Assembly: GCA_964016885.1 (NCBI GenBank)
Contig: OZ024747.1
Location: 81,654,001-81,718,000 of the forward strand
Length of the DNA: 64,000 bases
Source of the DNA: Eledone cirrhosa
Taxonomy: Eukaryota
Direction: 5' to 3'
Shown here in pieces: positions 1 through 12,730 of this stretch. Position 1 is the first letter of the stretch; the number at the start of each line of letters is the position of its first letter. The translations under genes were made by a program, and so were the position numbers. Under the pieces are notes generated by a model. That model was not told the origin of the DNA and searched no databases. It was given only the letters and a program-made list of their open reading frames with translations.

Positions 1-28
1 TATTATTGACACATTTTCTGTTAACTTA

Positions 29-300
29 TCATCATCATCATCATCATTATCATTATTTAACATCCATTTTCCATGTTAGCATAGGTTAGACAGGTTGTCC
101 TGTTTTAGGCAAGTTAGGTTAAGTGACCATGTCTTGCTCATACAGAACCACTTCTGGCTTGGTTTCTACCGCTGGATGCCCTTCGTAATGCCAACCACAT
201 TTATAGTGTGTGCTGGGTGCTTTTTGTCGTGACTCCTACACAACTACTTTGCAGTGTGGGGTGGGTGCTTTTTGCCATGACACCTACATGACCACTTTAC
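29..300 (-). mobile_element. Degenerate RTE 3'UTR / SINE-tail module ending in (GAT)n
   Basis: Reverse complement carries a degenerate GAAGGGCATCCAGC.GTAGAAA module and a ...GGATGTTAAA-(TGA)n tail like the copies at 2030 and 45707. Confidence 0.7.
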
Positions 301-1324
301 AGAATATTAAAGGTGAAGTCTGACTGAAAGGATAAATAAGTGGTGTTGTTGTTGTAGTTTTTTTTTGGGGGGGGGGGGGGGGATTCTTCACAACCAAACT
401 GGATAAATAGATATTCTTTTACCATCTAAATTTCTAAAGCTGTTGGTGGTCTTAATACTAATCTGATTAGATGCCCCATTACTTTTGATGAGCAAACAAA
501 ATGCTGTAATATATGAGCAAACAAAATGCTCTATATATCTAAAATTTCAATATGCATGTGTGTAAGCTCAGCTATATATTAACTAGTTACTACCTCAATA
601 AAAATAGGATGAAAAGAAGATTTGTTCATAAGATCAGATCAAGCAAACTATAATTTTATTAATCTTTCCAATGATGATACTATTTGCCAATCTAAATCAT
701 TCTATAAAACAGAAAGATAGGGTGTAGGGGCCAACAACAACAAACTTTGTTTGTTACTGAATATATAATATACTTCTGTGTTCTAATATATCGAAGCTAA
801 CTAGTTAGTTACAAACATTTTGGTGCCAAGGAAAAATTCTTCTGAAATGCTGGAGACATGAAAACAAGACCTTTTGAACCTAAAAGTTACTTCATTAGTG
901 CTTGTAATGTCCAAATTATGTTTAGAAATATGCAAGACATGCATAATCACCAAATGTACACACTTCAGATTTTCTGTTTGAATGAATACAGTTAGATACA
1001 AAATATAGTGTACAACAAGGAAAACAAATATAGAGCAATGACAATGTTGATAGGAGAAAATCTCAATGAACATTTTCTTCTGAAAAGATCAACATACAAA
1101 ATACATAATGTGTAAAATTAGGTATAAAATGCAAACAAATGCTAAATTAATTAATAAGGGAATTTAGCTATGTTTCTTTTTTTTTTTTGGGGGGGGGGGG
1201 GGGGGGGATATCATTATAAAAGAAAATATTAGTAAATTACTGTATTGAGATGCCCTTCACATGCATTAGAGTAACTGATAACTAAATTTTATTTATTAGG
1301 AATTTAATTAGTATTAATATCGAT

Positions 1325-1620
1325 ACCTATACCTACACCTCTCCAAGACAATGTCACTGGACCGAGAGCTTTGGCGCTACACAGTTATACAGAAGACCCG
1401 CCTTGCCTAAGTACAAAGCGAAACCACCCCCATCCCACTACCCCCACCCCATCCACACTGTAAACGTGGTTGGTGTTGGGAAGGGCATCCAGCCGTAGAA
1501 AACCCGCCAGACAGTCCTAAACGAGCAGGACAACCAATCTTGCCTCAGGTGGGAAAACTCCCGTCGAAACCCATGCAAGCGTGGAATATGGACGTTAAAC
1601 GATGATGATGATGATGATGA
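1325..1620 (+). mobile_element. 3' end of RTE-clade LINE (ORF end, 3'UTR and (GAT)n tail), subfamily 2
   Basis: Translates LHLSKTMSLDRELWRYTVIQKTRLA*, near-identical to the end of the RTE at 46700 (LHLSKTMSLDRDLWRYSVIEKTRLT*). It is followed by the same 3'UTR module and GACGTTAAAC(GAT)n. Confidence 0.85.
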
Positions 1621-1799
1621 TCTATATGCTTTGCTTTTTAGCTAAGTGTTAGACCTGGCATACTTACTTTCACTCTAACAACCTTCCTTGATTCTCAAAT
1701 GCTGAAATTACTTTCTTACCCCCATTAGAGATAGTTGTACAATACAAACAACCAATTTTTAGGATTGTTTGATTTGATACTTCTGCCTTTTTTGTTTTG

Positions 1800-2003
1800 A
1801 CTGCATGCCCATATATGGACTTAATAAGTTCAGCTAGATTCCCGCCGTTCTAATACTGCTGGCTCAGTTCAGACCTAGCTGTTGAAAGGCTTGAGCTCAG
1901 CCGTCGGGGTCCTGACTATTTTCCTACTACCCACTCTACTACACCAAGTATCGAGTACTCTGGTGTGTTATAGTCCGCCTGGTTTCTTACACACTTTCTT
2001 TGT
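1800..2003 (+). mobile_element. Degenerate Penelope-like pLTR end, family A, with decayed hammerhead
   Basis: GAAAGGCTTGAGCTCAGCCGTCGGGGTC plus tail (ACCCACTCTACTAC...GAGTACTCTGGTG) matches 19871-19992. The helix II remnant is CAGCTAG...CTAGCTG. Confidence 0.7.
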
Positions 2004-2029
2004 TATATATATATATATGTATGTATATA

Positions 2030-2388
2030 TATAATACAGAGTATCCGACCTCCCATGGGTACAAGCCGAAGCTGAATCATATAGACAATATGCCCCCACA
2101 CCCTCCCACTGCAAAATGGTCGTGGAGGTGCCACAGCAAAAAAGCACCCAGCCCACACTGTAAAGTGGACGTGTAGGCGCCACGGATAAAAAGCACCAAG
2201 CACCAAGCACTCACTGTAAATGAGTTTGGTGTTAGGAAGGGCACTCAGCTGTAGAAATCAAGCCAGAATCAGTTCCTGTATGAGCAAGACAAGGTCAGCC
2301 GACCAGACACTGCCCACAACAGGACAGCCCGTCTAACCCATGCTAGCGTGGAAGAACGGACGTAAAACGGTGATGATGATGATGATGA
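2030..2388 (+). mobile_element. RTE subfamily 3 3'UTR fragment with (GAT)n tail
   Basis: Matches the reverse complement of 45707-46050 (CCGACCTCCCATGGGTAC ... GCTAGCGTGGAAGAACGGACGTAAAACGG(TGA)n). Confidence 0.8.
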
Positions 2389-2482
2389 TATATATATATA
2401 TATATATATATATAGATGTGTATATATAAATATATATATATATATATAGATGTGTATATATCCAATAAACATATATATGTAA

Positions 2483-2521
<39 letters not shown>

Positions 2522-2524
<3 letters not shown>

Positions 2525-2783
2525 GATATTAAAAATGGAAACTATATTTATAAAACCATATTTATTTCATTATATATATTTCAGGGATATCATATTAAAA
2601 ATATGTTATGCCTTCTTCAGACAAAATACATTAATATGATATCCCTGAAATATATATAATGAAATAAATATGGTTTTATAAATATAGTTTCCATTTTTAA
2701 TATCGTAAATATACTCCAAATACTTGTTCAGTGCTTTTATATCAGTTATAAATATTTACTCGTTGTAACCCAACAATTTAAAT
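2522..2783. mobile_element. Fold-back Penelope-like mini-insertion, family B, in (TA)n
   Basis: About 77-bp inverted arms (2522-2598 / 2631-2707) plus a tail. Homologous to 53858-54260 and flanked by (TA)n on both sides. Confidence 0.8.
2563..2630 (-). ncRNA. Type I hammerhead ribozyme (family B)
   Basis: Minus strand reads TATTTTGT-CTGAAGA-AGG(CATAACATATTTTTAATATGATATC)CCT-GAAA-TATATA-TA-ATGAAATA: intact core, helix I with G.U pairs, palindromic AT helix III. Confidence 0.75.
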
Positions 2784-2793
2784 AAAACTTTGC

Positions 2794-2842
<49 letters not shown>

Positions 2843-3340
2843 CACACATACTCACAAATATGAAATTGTGGGTTATATATGCATACTTTAGTGTGTATAT
2901 GTGCATATAAGTGTGTATGAGTGTGTATACATGTAATATAGAAACTTTAATTGAAATAAATTTAGTTAGACACATATACTTATGTGTATATCTCTCTATG
3001 TGTATATAAGCAAGCTTTAGACAAAGACACTATATCATTCATACACATACATAGAACCGGTGACTTCAACTACCCAAAGCGATATCTTAAATCAATGAAA
3101 TACAAATCCTGAAGCTGATATGAATATCTATTGACTAATGTTTTCCCCCTCAAAATAATCCTGACATCAAAGATACTGAAATGAATATACATATTATTCT
3201 GTATCTTGTCAGCTTTGGAAGCAATTCCAGATTTTTCTTGGGAACTTCATGCAGCAATAATTTTGATCAATCACTTGTGTTATCTAATAAGAAGTAAACT
3301 CCTAAGCATGCCATCATACTGCACAATGTGCAGCAAAACA

Positions 3341-3388
<48 letters not shown>

Positions 3389-3526
3389 ATACACATACAC
3401 ACACACACACACATATATATATATGTATATATATACATACATACATGTATATATATACATACATATATATATATATACATACATATATACATACATACAT
3501 ATATATATACATACATACATATATAT

Positions 3527-3625
<99 letters not shown>

Positions 3626-4077
3626 AAATGGTGTTTTAAATTCTTTGGTTTCCTATAATACTTTTACAGAATACCCTGGGTATATTGTCATATTAGAAAC
3701 TTAATATATCTACCATTTCATAGCTGTTAAGAATATTAGAATTCTATGAGCAATAAATATTTAAGTATTTAAAAGAAAATACCTCAGGGCCTGAAAGAGT
3801 AAACAATTTCTATTCTGACTGTCATAATAGACTGAATTTTTTCAGCAGTAAATAGCTTTTCATTTTTCAACAGAAAATTTTGAAATATTTATAAATGCAT
3901 GTATAAGTGCATTTAAATGGGTGTCTCATTCTCTTTCTCTTTCTCTAGCACTATATATATATATATATATATATCATCATCATTGTTTAACGTCCACATA
4001 CATATGCATATTGTTACTCTACAATTTATTCTTTATAGATATAACATGCACCAACTTATTTTAATCATATATATGTT

Positions 4078-4129
<52 letters not shown>

Positions 4130-4494
4130 AATGTGCGTGTATATATATATATAAACCTATTTTTCTGCAAAAGCATAAGAGAGAGAGAAGGAACAAAAGA
4201 GAGCAAGTGATACAGAAAGATTTTTGGACTGATATACTAAGCATAACTCCCATCACCTCTGAAAAAAATGTATTTAATTTTATCATCATTTTTTTCCTCA
4301 GAGTATATTTTATCTTATATATTATTTGTCATTATTTTCCGATTTGTTTTTGGACTGCTGTATTCTTTTTAAGGTAGCACTGTAAATCAATAATTTCAAT
4401 ATCTTATAAGTTTAATTTTGTATGGCTATTGCTGTATATGCATAATTTTACATATATACGCATATATAAATTATGTATATGCATAGATATGTAT

Positions 4495-4790
4495 CATCAT
4501 CATTGTCATGCTTTAATGTCTATCTTCCATGTTAGCATGGGTTAGATGGGAATTGTTCCACTTTGGGCAAGATTGATCGGTTGACCGTGTCTCGCTTGTA
4601 TAGGTCTGTATCTGGCAGGTTTTCTACAGCTGGATCCCCTTCCTAACACCAACCACATTTACAGCATGGACTGGGTGCTTTTTTGTCATGACACCATATA
4701 TATATATCAGTTGTCCCAACCTTGCCTCAAATTGGGACAACTCCCGTCTAACCCATGCTAGCGTGGAGGATGGATGTTGAACGATGATAT
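4495..4790. mobile_element. Two RTE-tail module fragments in opposite orientation around a short (TA)n
   Basis: Minus copy at 4495-4697 and plus tail at 4708-4790 (CCCGTCTAACCCATGCTAGCGTGG...GATG). Confidence 0.65.
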
Positions 4791-5869
4791 ATATATACAC
4801 GTGTGTGTGTGTGTGTAAGGAATTTAATCTAATAATTTCATTCATAAGGCATCGGTCAACTCAAGACTATTGTAGAAAACACTAGACTATAGTGTTACAC
4901 AGATGGGTAAAACTGAAGATCACATGATTTTGAAGTGAACTTCTTAACCACATAACCATGCAATATATCTTAACGTATATTTGCTATGATAAAATGGCAC
5001 CCGTATAGTCTGTAAAATAGTAGTATTCATGCTTCAATTAAATATTACCCATTACACTCTGAAAAGTGTGAGTGTTGATGACAAGATAAAATTAACCTGG
5101 TACACTCTGTACCTGATAGAGCTTGTGACATGATAAAAAGCATTCAATACACACTATAAAATGGCTGCCATGAGGAATGCCTTCCAGCCATAGAAACCAT
5201 CAGAAAATTGAACAAGATGTGGTCCCCCAGACCTGTCTAGTCTCTAAGTGTGGCAGCCTGTCCAACCTTTGCAAGCAGGGAAAGCAAAAGTATGATGATG
5301 AATTTTAAGAAAAGCAGAATGATGATAATAATTTTCTTTTTAGATCCAATATCTCTGAGTTTTGTGAGAAGGAAATTGGGACATTCTGTAATTCAGACCT
5401 AAGCAAAACGATTTTATCTTTTAGATGTTACTTGTAATACTTAAGATGCCATGTACAGAGATAAACAATAAAAGATGCCGTAGCTGCTGCTATTTACTAT
5501 TAACAATAATATTAATAATTTTAATAATGGTGGTTTTGGTGGTGGTGAGGCTAATGACAATAGTGATTATGACAGTGACGATGATGATGAGGATGATGAT
5601 GATGATAAACTATAATAGTAAAAATAACAAAGAAAATGTAACATGAAACCAAACTAAAATTAACAAAATATAAAGAACGGATTAAAGAAAATGATGTAAG
5701 AGGAACATATGAAAATAAAGAAAATTAAATATTTTAACAGCATAAGATAGAAAAAATGAGAAAATAATAGATTTTCTATAATTATTTTTTGTTTTTTAAG
5801 AATGAAAGAGAACAGAAGATAATGATATAAATGTCATTGAAACAAAAACCTTGGAAAGAAAAGATATTA

Positions 5870-6180
5870 ATAAATGATGATGGTGATGATGAAATGGAAA
5901 ATATTGATGATGATGATGGTGATGTGATGATGGTTAAAAGGAAAATATTGATGATGGTGATGTTGAAGATGATGGTGATGATGATGATGATGATGGTGAT
6001 GGTGATGGTGGTGATGGTGATGACGATGATGATGGTGATGATTAAAAGGAAAATATTGATGATGGTGATGAAAAGAAAATGATGATGGTGATGATGAAAA
6101 AGAACATGTTGATGATGGTGATGATGAAAAGGAAATATTGATGATGGTGATGATGGTGGTGGTGGTGATGATGATGATAA
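5870..6180 (+). repeat. (GAT/GGT)n low-complexity array with recurring AAAAGGAAAATATTGATGATGGTGATG unit
   Basis: The unit recurs at about 5935, 6045 and 6125 within the (GAT)n tract. Confidence 0.85.
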
Positions 6181-6455
6181 TTTTAAGAAATGAAAATTCA
6201 AAAATTGGGGTAGATCAATGTTTCAATCATATTGTAAAACTATTAAAGTATTGCTGATTGCTGCAATTTGGTTTATAGCAATGTGTTAGTTGTTTTGTAG
6301 TGGTTAAGACAGTAGATGTTGATGTTGCTTCTGCTGGCATTTTGACCATGAGCCTAGAGCACTGATGATTGTTGTCTCTGCTTCTGATGGTTAAAAGGAT
6401 AAACCTATGATTGATATATAAGGGAATGGACAGAATATAACATATTAAATATTAA

Positions 6456-6676
6456 CCCTTTAGCATTTACATTACTCTATATATACTATTATATTTTCAT
6501 GGAAAACACTTTATCTTACATAATTATCTCACATAATATCGAATCTACGAGATTTTGATATTATTTATTTTGAAAACAATACCTTAACATAAGTATTAGC
6601 AGCCGGTTATGGCCGGTTTGAACAGAAAGAGGTGAGAGAATTCTGGCCGGATACAGCCAGTTTAAATGCTAAAGGG
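6456..6676. mobile_element. piggyBac-like MITE
   Basis: TTAA|CCCTTTAGCATTTA ... TAAATGCTAAAGGG|TTAA: 14-bp TIRs, TTAA target duplication, no ORF. Confidence 0.85.
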
Positions 6677-6743
6677 TTAAAGTATGTGCTTGTACAGTAT
6701 TAAATGTATTTATTGATAAACAAAAGTTTTGTTATATGTTATA

Positions 6744-7007
6744 CTAGCAAAAGTGCCTATCATTACTGGCACACCTTTACCCTGTCTGTCCAGTTTTCTC
6801 TCTCTCTCGTCCTCCACCTTTGCTACTGTCAATAAATACCCCTATCACTACACAACATGGCCGTCTTTAAATAGACCCCACAACTTTACTATTTTAGGGG
6901 AGAGCTAAATAACCTATGTATCAAATTTAAACAAAGTCGGATGGAAACTGTGGAAATGCATAGCCTGCACATAGACAGACAGACATTTTCGTTTTTATAT
7001 ATATAGA
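6744..7007 (-). mobile_element. Non-autonomous Helitron-like element
   Basis: Minus strand begins A|TCTATATATATAAAAACGAAAATGTCTGTCTGTCT and ends CTAG|T. These TC...CTAG termini in an AT site with a (GTCT)n block near the 5' end are typical of invertebrate non-autonomous Helitrons. Confidence 0.6.
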
Positions 7008-7235
7008 TATAAATGTTGTAACCCTTTCTGTACCATATAAAAGACACTACCTATAATTTTCAAATCCTTTTGAAATAATCTAGAATTCAAAGGGATTTAG
7101 ACATTTAAATAACCTTTTCATTATTTATCTGGCATTTGGAGGATAAACAATGGTTCTTACATAAAATTATGGTGGAAGGTTTTTAAATAAACATAAACAC
7201 TTTAAAAGAAACAATTTAGTAATGTAGAACAACTC

Positions 7236-7502
7236 ATCATTGAGGCCTCCAGAGTCCTTGGTCCCCAAACAGCTTATTTCTTCTGCAAAATCAGAAAGAT
7301 AGCAGCCTGCCTGAGGAAGGAGCCTCGGGATGCAGGGTGACTGTTGCAGTGTGTGTTGCTGGCCTTTCTCCATAGCAATACCTTCACCACTCTGTAGACA
7401 GTAAGAGCATGAGTAAGCAAGATGCAACTCCCTGGCTTATCTGAGAGGGCAGTAGCACCAATGAAATACTGACTTTACCTGTGACAACCTATCCGATAAT
7501 AT
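7236..7502 (+). mobile_element. 3' fragment of CRE-like (RLE) non-LTR retrotransposon
   Basis: IIEASRVLGPQTAYFFCKIRKIAACLRKEPRDAG*LLQCVLLAFLHSNTFTTL resembles the CRE C-terminus (ETxGxLG...LxQRxSxAxxRGNA). Similar to the copies at 14750 and 28900; ends in (TA)n. Confidence 0.65.
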
Positions 7503-7521
7503 ATATATGTGTGTGTATGTG

Positions 7522-7559
<38 letters not shown>

Positions 7560-7567
<8 letters not shown>

Positions 7568-7869
7568 AAAGTAAGTCCATAGAATCATTAGATAAAATAT
7601 ATACAGTATTTCTTCTCCCAATCAGCATAATCAACCATACAAAAAATCATTTAAACAAGGCTATAAGTTTAAAATATACTTATGAAGAAATAATAGATAA
7701 ATAAATGATAGCTTTTTATCCGCGATTCACAGCCACAGAAATGATACAGAGAAGAAATACTGTATATATTTTATCTAATGATTCTATGGACTTACTTTCT
7801 TATATATTGCTCTGATTGTTAATTATTTAATTAATTCGTCATTGAGCCACACCGTGAATGGTTGCCAAA

Positions 7870-7871
<2 letters not shown>
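7560..7871. repeat. Fold-back insertion with ~58-bp inverted arms and a tail, between (TA)n tracts
   Basis: 7560-7617 (AAGAAAGTAAGTCCATAGAATCATTAGATAAAATATATACAGTATTTCTTCTC) is the reverse complement of 7749-7806. Confidence 0.8.
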
Positions 7872-7909
<38 letters not shown>

Positions 7910-8021
7910 TCTGTCTAGTTTATGTGTATGTAAACTTTTAAATTTTATATATATATATATTTATATATATATAAGCAGGGAAAAGCAGACGTAAAATGAT
8001 GATGATGATGATATATATATA

Positions 8022-8200
8022 TTTGTTTCTACTTTAGGCACAAGGCCAGCAATTACCCAGTGCATTACTGGTACTTTATTTTATCGACCCCGTAAGGATG
8101 AAAGGCAAAGTCAACCTCGGCGGGATTTGAACTCAGATCGTAAAGGGACGTAACTATGCTTGAAAGCATGGCGTCCGACCCTCTACCGATACTGCCAATC
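8022..8200 (-). mobile_element. tRNA-derived SINE family B (GTTGACTTTGCCTTTCATCCTT.CGGGGTCGATAAA domain)
   Basis: Minus strand has box A-like TGGCAGTATCGG and box B-like GAGTTCAAATCC. Near-identical copies at 12549, 27018, 32292 and 60361. Confidence 0.85.
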
Positions 8201-8396
8201 CACGGAGGCGGCCAAGTTGGCAAGACTTTACGGCAGAACACGCATCGGAGGCGGAAGACGGAGCGGAGGCGGAGGGCGGGCGTTAACGTGCAGGCGGGGC
8301 GGACGAGTTCTAGACGGCATGTCGTCGAGGCGGAGACATCCGTCATAGCATAGGGTAGGCCGGCATATTATTGAATAGGTTGTCACAGGTATAGTC

Positions 8397-8512
8397 AGTA
8401 AAACAGGCCTACAGTTATATTTTTAGGGATGAATATATATATATATATATTCATCCCTAAAAATATATATATATATCTATCCCTAAAAATATAACCGTAG
8501 GCCTGTTTTACT
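8397..8512. repeat. Palindrome around (TA)n
   Basis: AGTAAAACAGGCCTACAGTTATATTTTTAGGGAT ... ATCCCTAAAAATATAACCGTAGGCCTGTTTTACT. Confidence 0.85.
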
Positions 8513-9374
8513 GTTTTAAATTATATCTAAAGAAAATGTGAATTTAACAAGAAAAGAATAGTAATTTTAAGTTAACTTTAGTACAATCAGAACCAGATAT
8601 GTCTTTTTTCAATTTGGTTATATATATCTTATTCAATATCCAGAAATAATCATCTTCTCGTGTAGATTTAGCTGCTAGCATAGAAGGAAATTTGTAACAC
8701 ACCATGAAAATAGTACCTGGAAGATATTTATAATCTTGCTGTGGAATGAATGCTGAGGCTGTAGCTCCAAGTAGGTGGCACAATGACATAGCTATAGGAA
8801 CAAACACAGTTTTTGGTATAACTGCTGTTTGATAACAAGTTACACTTAATCTCTCTCTTCTGTAGTGATACTTAAGCTTCTAGCTATATAAACCATCTCA
8901 CTGTGCTTGCATTGGAATAAAAAGAATTTGACAGTTGTTAAACTAACAAATACATACAAATATAGATTACCCTCAACCTTTGTAATCTATATTGTGTTTT
9001 ATGTAGGTAAAGTGGTATTTTCTATATAACCAGTGATCCAAGATATGCAGTTGCTGCATCTAAACGGTTTTCATCATGTGAGCTCTATTCACGCATTGCA
9101 GGATATTTTAATTACAAACTCTGTCATATTGCTGTCTCAGTAGCAGCTGGTAGCAATGTTTTACATTCTTGTTTGATATATTATATCACCAAGGCATTTC
9201 TTTCTTTTGTTATTCTTTTACCTAGATAATATCAGTAACGAAACAATAAAACACGTGTGTGTATATATATATATATATATAATGAAAAATTGAACAGGGA
9301 CAGAACAGAGAGGTAGTACGATAAATGTTTATTAAATTCACGCTCAGGAGAGTGGGGGGTAGGTGGGGGACGCA

Positions 9375-9426
<52 letters not shown>

Positions 9427-11239
9427 CATATATATATATACACACACATACACATAAGCATTCTGCAAAAAATTGCATAATTTGTTTTAAGGAAGTGTTT
9501 TCCACATAAAGACACACCCATGCACACACACACATGCCCCTGCCCTATAGTCATATTTTGGTTAGAAAATATTGTAATAAGTGTAAAATTGTTCTCAAAC
9601 AATTTCTGCCATATTTTCTAGCCTGAAGCAGTTGTTTGGCCAGTGATATATGTATGGTAGTTGTAGTAATAGTAAGTTGCTGTAGTTCTGTTGAATGTGC
9701 TATATAAATAATGGTTATTATAGAGATGAAATATATAGATAGCTGTGATAGTGATGGCTGTAATGTGCATGTGATTTTTGATGTAGCAAAGCGAAGCAAT
9801 GTTGTAATGTGACTTCCCCAGAATAATTATTATATAACATTATTAAATTATGTCAAATTTCCCTGATGGAATTCAATGAAATCTGAAGGGAAAATAGGGT
9901 AATATTTAATGGATGACAAAAATGTATTTCTGCATGTCCCTTTCTAAATAATGTGCATGCTTATGTGAGCTATGATGTACATTATGTACATGCATACATG
10001 CACACACATTCACAGGTCTAAATATATAAACACAAATATCATAGAGATAATTTCATTGAAAGCACAAACATTATCATTCATGAATAATATAACCATACAT
10101 AAATACAATGTCTTTCATTCATTACCCGACCCTTTGATATTTGTCTTAAATAGGTTTGCTTACTTTGCTTTTAATGATGGAGTTGGAATATTTTTTCTTG
10201 CTTCTTTTCCCTTCATTTACCAATTTTTAAAATTCTTTTGTGTATGTATGTATTATTTCAGGTTACTATATATTCTTGTTTGTCAATTTTGTTCCCTCTC
10301 CCATCTTGCTCTTTTTTCTTCCGAATTTGCATCTATTCAAATAATTGCACTGTTTTGTATGCACTGGTATAAATGCTTTCCATTTTGTAAATGCATAGAA
10401 CGCAAGTTGCCTTCTTATTTGCTTCGGAATTATTTTGTTTAAAAATGAACATAAAGAAAGTAATAGGAAACAATAACATCAACAACAATGTTAGAATAAC
10501 AAGATCAAAACTAAATATATTAACAACCTAATACTAATAACATCTAATAACAACTGTAACAAAAATGACAATAAAAACACTCAGTAATAAAAACTTCCTA
10601 TAAAAATAAATCAACATAAAGCAGAAGAAAACCTAAGAAAACGATCACATGTTTCTTCAACAACAGAAAATGAGCACTATCAAAACCTAACAATGAAAGT
10701 AAATGCAATATAATGCGAAACACATATACATATATATTATATACAAAAACACATACAACAGTAACAACATTACAACAGCAAAACCAACAACGTAATAATA
10801 CTTGATAGCTTTGAAGAAACAAAAGCTTATTATTTTCATTTGATTTGGTTTTGCTAATTTTTTAATTTGTTTTACATTATTTTCAACCCTCCTTTATTTC
10901 TTCGCACATTTTTTTTTTTGTTTTTCTTAGATTTATCTCGGTTATTTATTGCCTTTTCTGATTTTAGCGTTTGTTCTTTTTTTTATATAGTAAAATAATA
11001 GTATTACCGAATTTCTGAAACCCTTATTGCTATGACCTGCTACTTCTGGTCCAGATATATTATGTTATACAGTAGCTGAAAGCTGAAAGGCAAACATTTC
11101 CAAATAAATGTGAACATTTCTCCTACTTAGTATATTTACAGAAAATATTTTAGCAGAGTGAAACTCAGCTACTGTTTCTTGTTACAATAATTTACTCAGC
11201 TAAAGTTTGGAAATATAAAAACAACAACAGAACAATTTC

Positions 11240-11720
11240 TTTGGCTTCGTCAGATACATGCATAAAGAGGTCACCCTGGAAAATTCGGAAGTTTCTTACT
11301 GAAATGTCCAGACTCGGTTGAACAACAAAAACACATTCTATTTGCTAACTTCGTATCACCTTCAATCTTAAACCACACTACACATTGCATCTACGTTTAT
11401 GGTGCAATAGCTATTCACAATCATTAAATAACAGAATACATATTTTACTGCAAAATGCAGTCATGAAATCAAAAACCAGGTGAAGCTATTAATTCTTATA
11501 TCATAATTCTATGCAACTTCACCAAGGTTTGTAAAATTGCAGGATGTAGCTGCTGATATAAATTAAGAGAAAAGCATTTCAGATTAATTTGCTTCCAGCA
11601 TCTCTTCTGGTCTTAAACAAGAAAGACATAATGAGAACTCATCATTAAATCTAGAAGAAACAATTAATCTGGAAGCTGCTCATAGAGATGCAGAGGATTA
11701 CTAGCAGTTGACTTTCACGT
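11240..11720 (+). pseudogene. Degenerate Ty3/Gypsy gag-like relic
   Basis: *NQKPGEAINSYIIIL ... GLKQERHNENSSLNLEETINLEAAHRDAEDY resembles the RxQxxGEsIxxY..L and IRxRLLE..L.L..A....EAA motifs of metazoan Gypsy gag. Many stops and frameshifts. Confidence 0.5.
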
Positions 11721-12149
11721 TGAATGCTTTGTATGGAACTGCAGCAAAAATATAGACAGCTTCTTTAGTACTGACAATATTTATGCTGTTACATACATCC
11801 TATAGACAAAGAAGCTATTTTGTGCCGGTTCATATTAAGACACACTATTTGTTCACAATTGAAAAATAAAAATTTCATAAGAATATCCACTAAAAAGAGA
11901 TACATCAACATTTACAATACTTATTACAATAAGACACATCAAGAAAATCCTATCTATAACTAACCAACATACTGAGACCTTACTCAATTTGGGTAGTCAC
12001 CAGTTTCATAGATGATGTTTGCAACAATCTCTTACTCTCAACATCTCAGAAATATCTTCAATTTGGCTTGACAATTTAATCTAAACAGACTGTTTAAAGA
12101 ATGGAAAGGAATCACAATTAAAGTAAGGTATTCAATACAATGAAGGTGA

Positions 12150-12390
12150 GCATTCTAGTGGCTACAGTGTTGTATTATAATTATCATGTCATAGGTTTGA
12201 TTCTTAGACTGGGTGGCAGATTGTGTTCTTGAGCAAAACACTTCATTTCACATTGCTTCAGTCCACTCAGCTAAAACTGAGTACCAGTAGTAGCTAGAGT
12301 GGGGATCTTGTACTCTCAATGCTTAACATGGATGAAATTGAAATAATCACTGGCTTGATGAGCCTCTAGGCTTGGAACTGACTTTAACTT
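12150..12390 (+). mobile_element. Degenerate CORE-type SINE
   Basis: TGTGTTCTTGAGCAAAACACTTCATTTCACATTGCTTCAGTCCACTCAGCT CORE-like block after a decayed tRNA-like head. Confidence 0.65.
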
Positions 12391-12548
12391 TTTAACTCAC
12401 TACATCAAGTAGAGGGGATATTTAGATGTATTTCATTGAGATTAACTTTTAAAGGATTATTTCTGTTTCATACAGCGAGGAAAGTGTCTGATAACCTTCT
12501 GACATCACCAAATGATAGTCTCCTCTCAATGAAGTTGAGTAAGTGAAT

Positions 12549-12730
12549 AATTGTTTCTACTTTAGGCACAAGGCCAGCAATTACCCAGTGCATTACTGGT
12601 ACTTTATTTTATCGACCCCGTAAGGATGAAAGGCAAAGTCAACCTCGGCGGGATTTGAACTCAGATCGTAAAGGGACCTAATCATGCTGGAAAGCATGGC
12701 GTCCGACCCTCTACCGATACTGCCAATCCA
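12549..12730 (-). mobile_element. SINE family B
   Basis: Near-identical to 8022-8200. Confidence 0.85.

Noticed and set aside
5782-6201. His/Ile- or Asp/Met-rich ORFs
   Set aside because: Products of (GAT)n low-complexity sequence.
8544-8807. Short non-repetitive ORFs here and at 801, 9972, 30415 and 33268 as host exons
   Set aside because: No recognisable domain and no consistent chain of splice sites. Small host exons cannot be excluded without RNA-seq.
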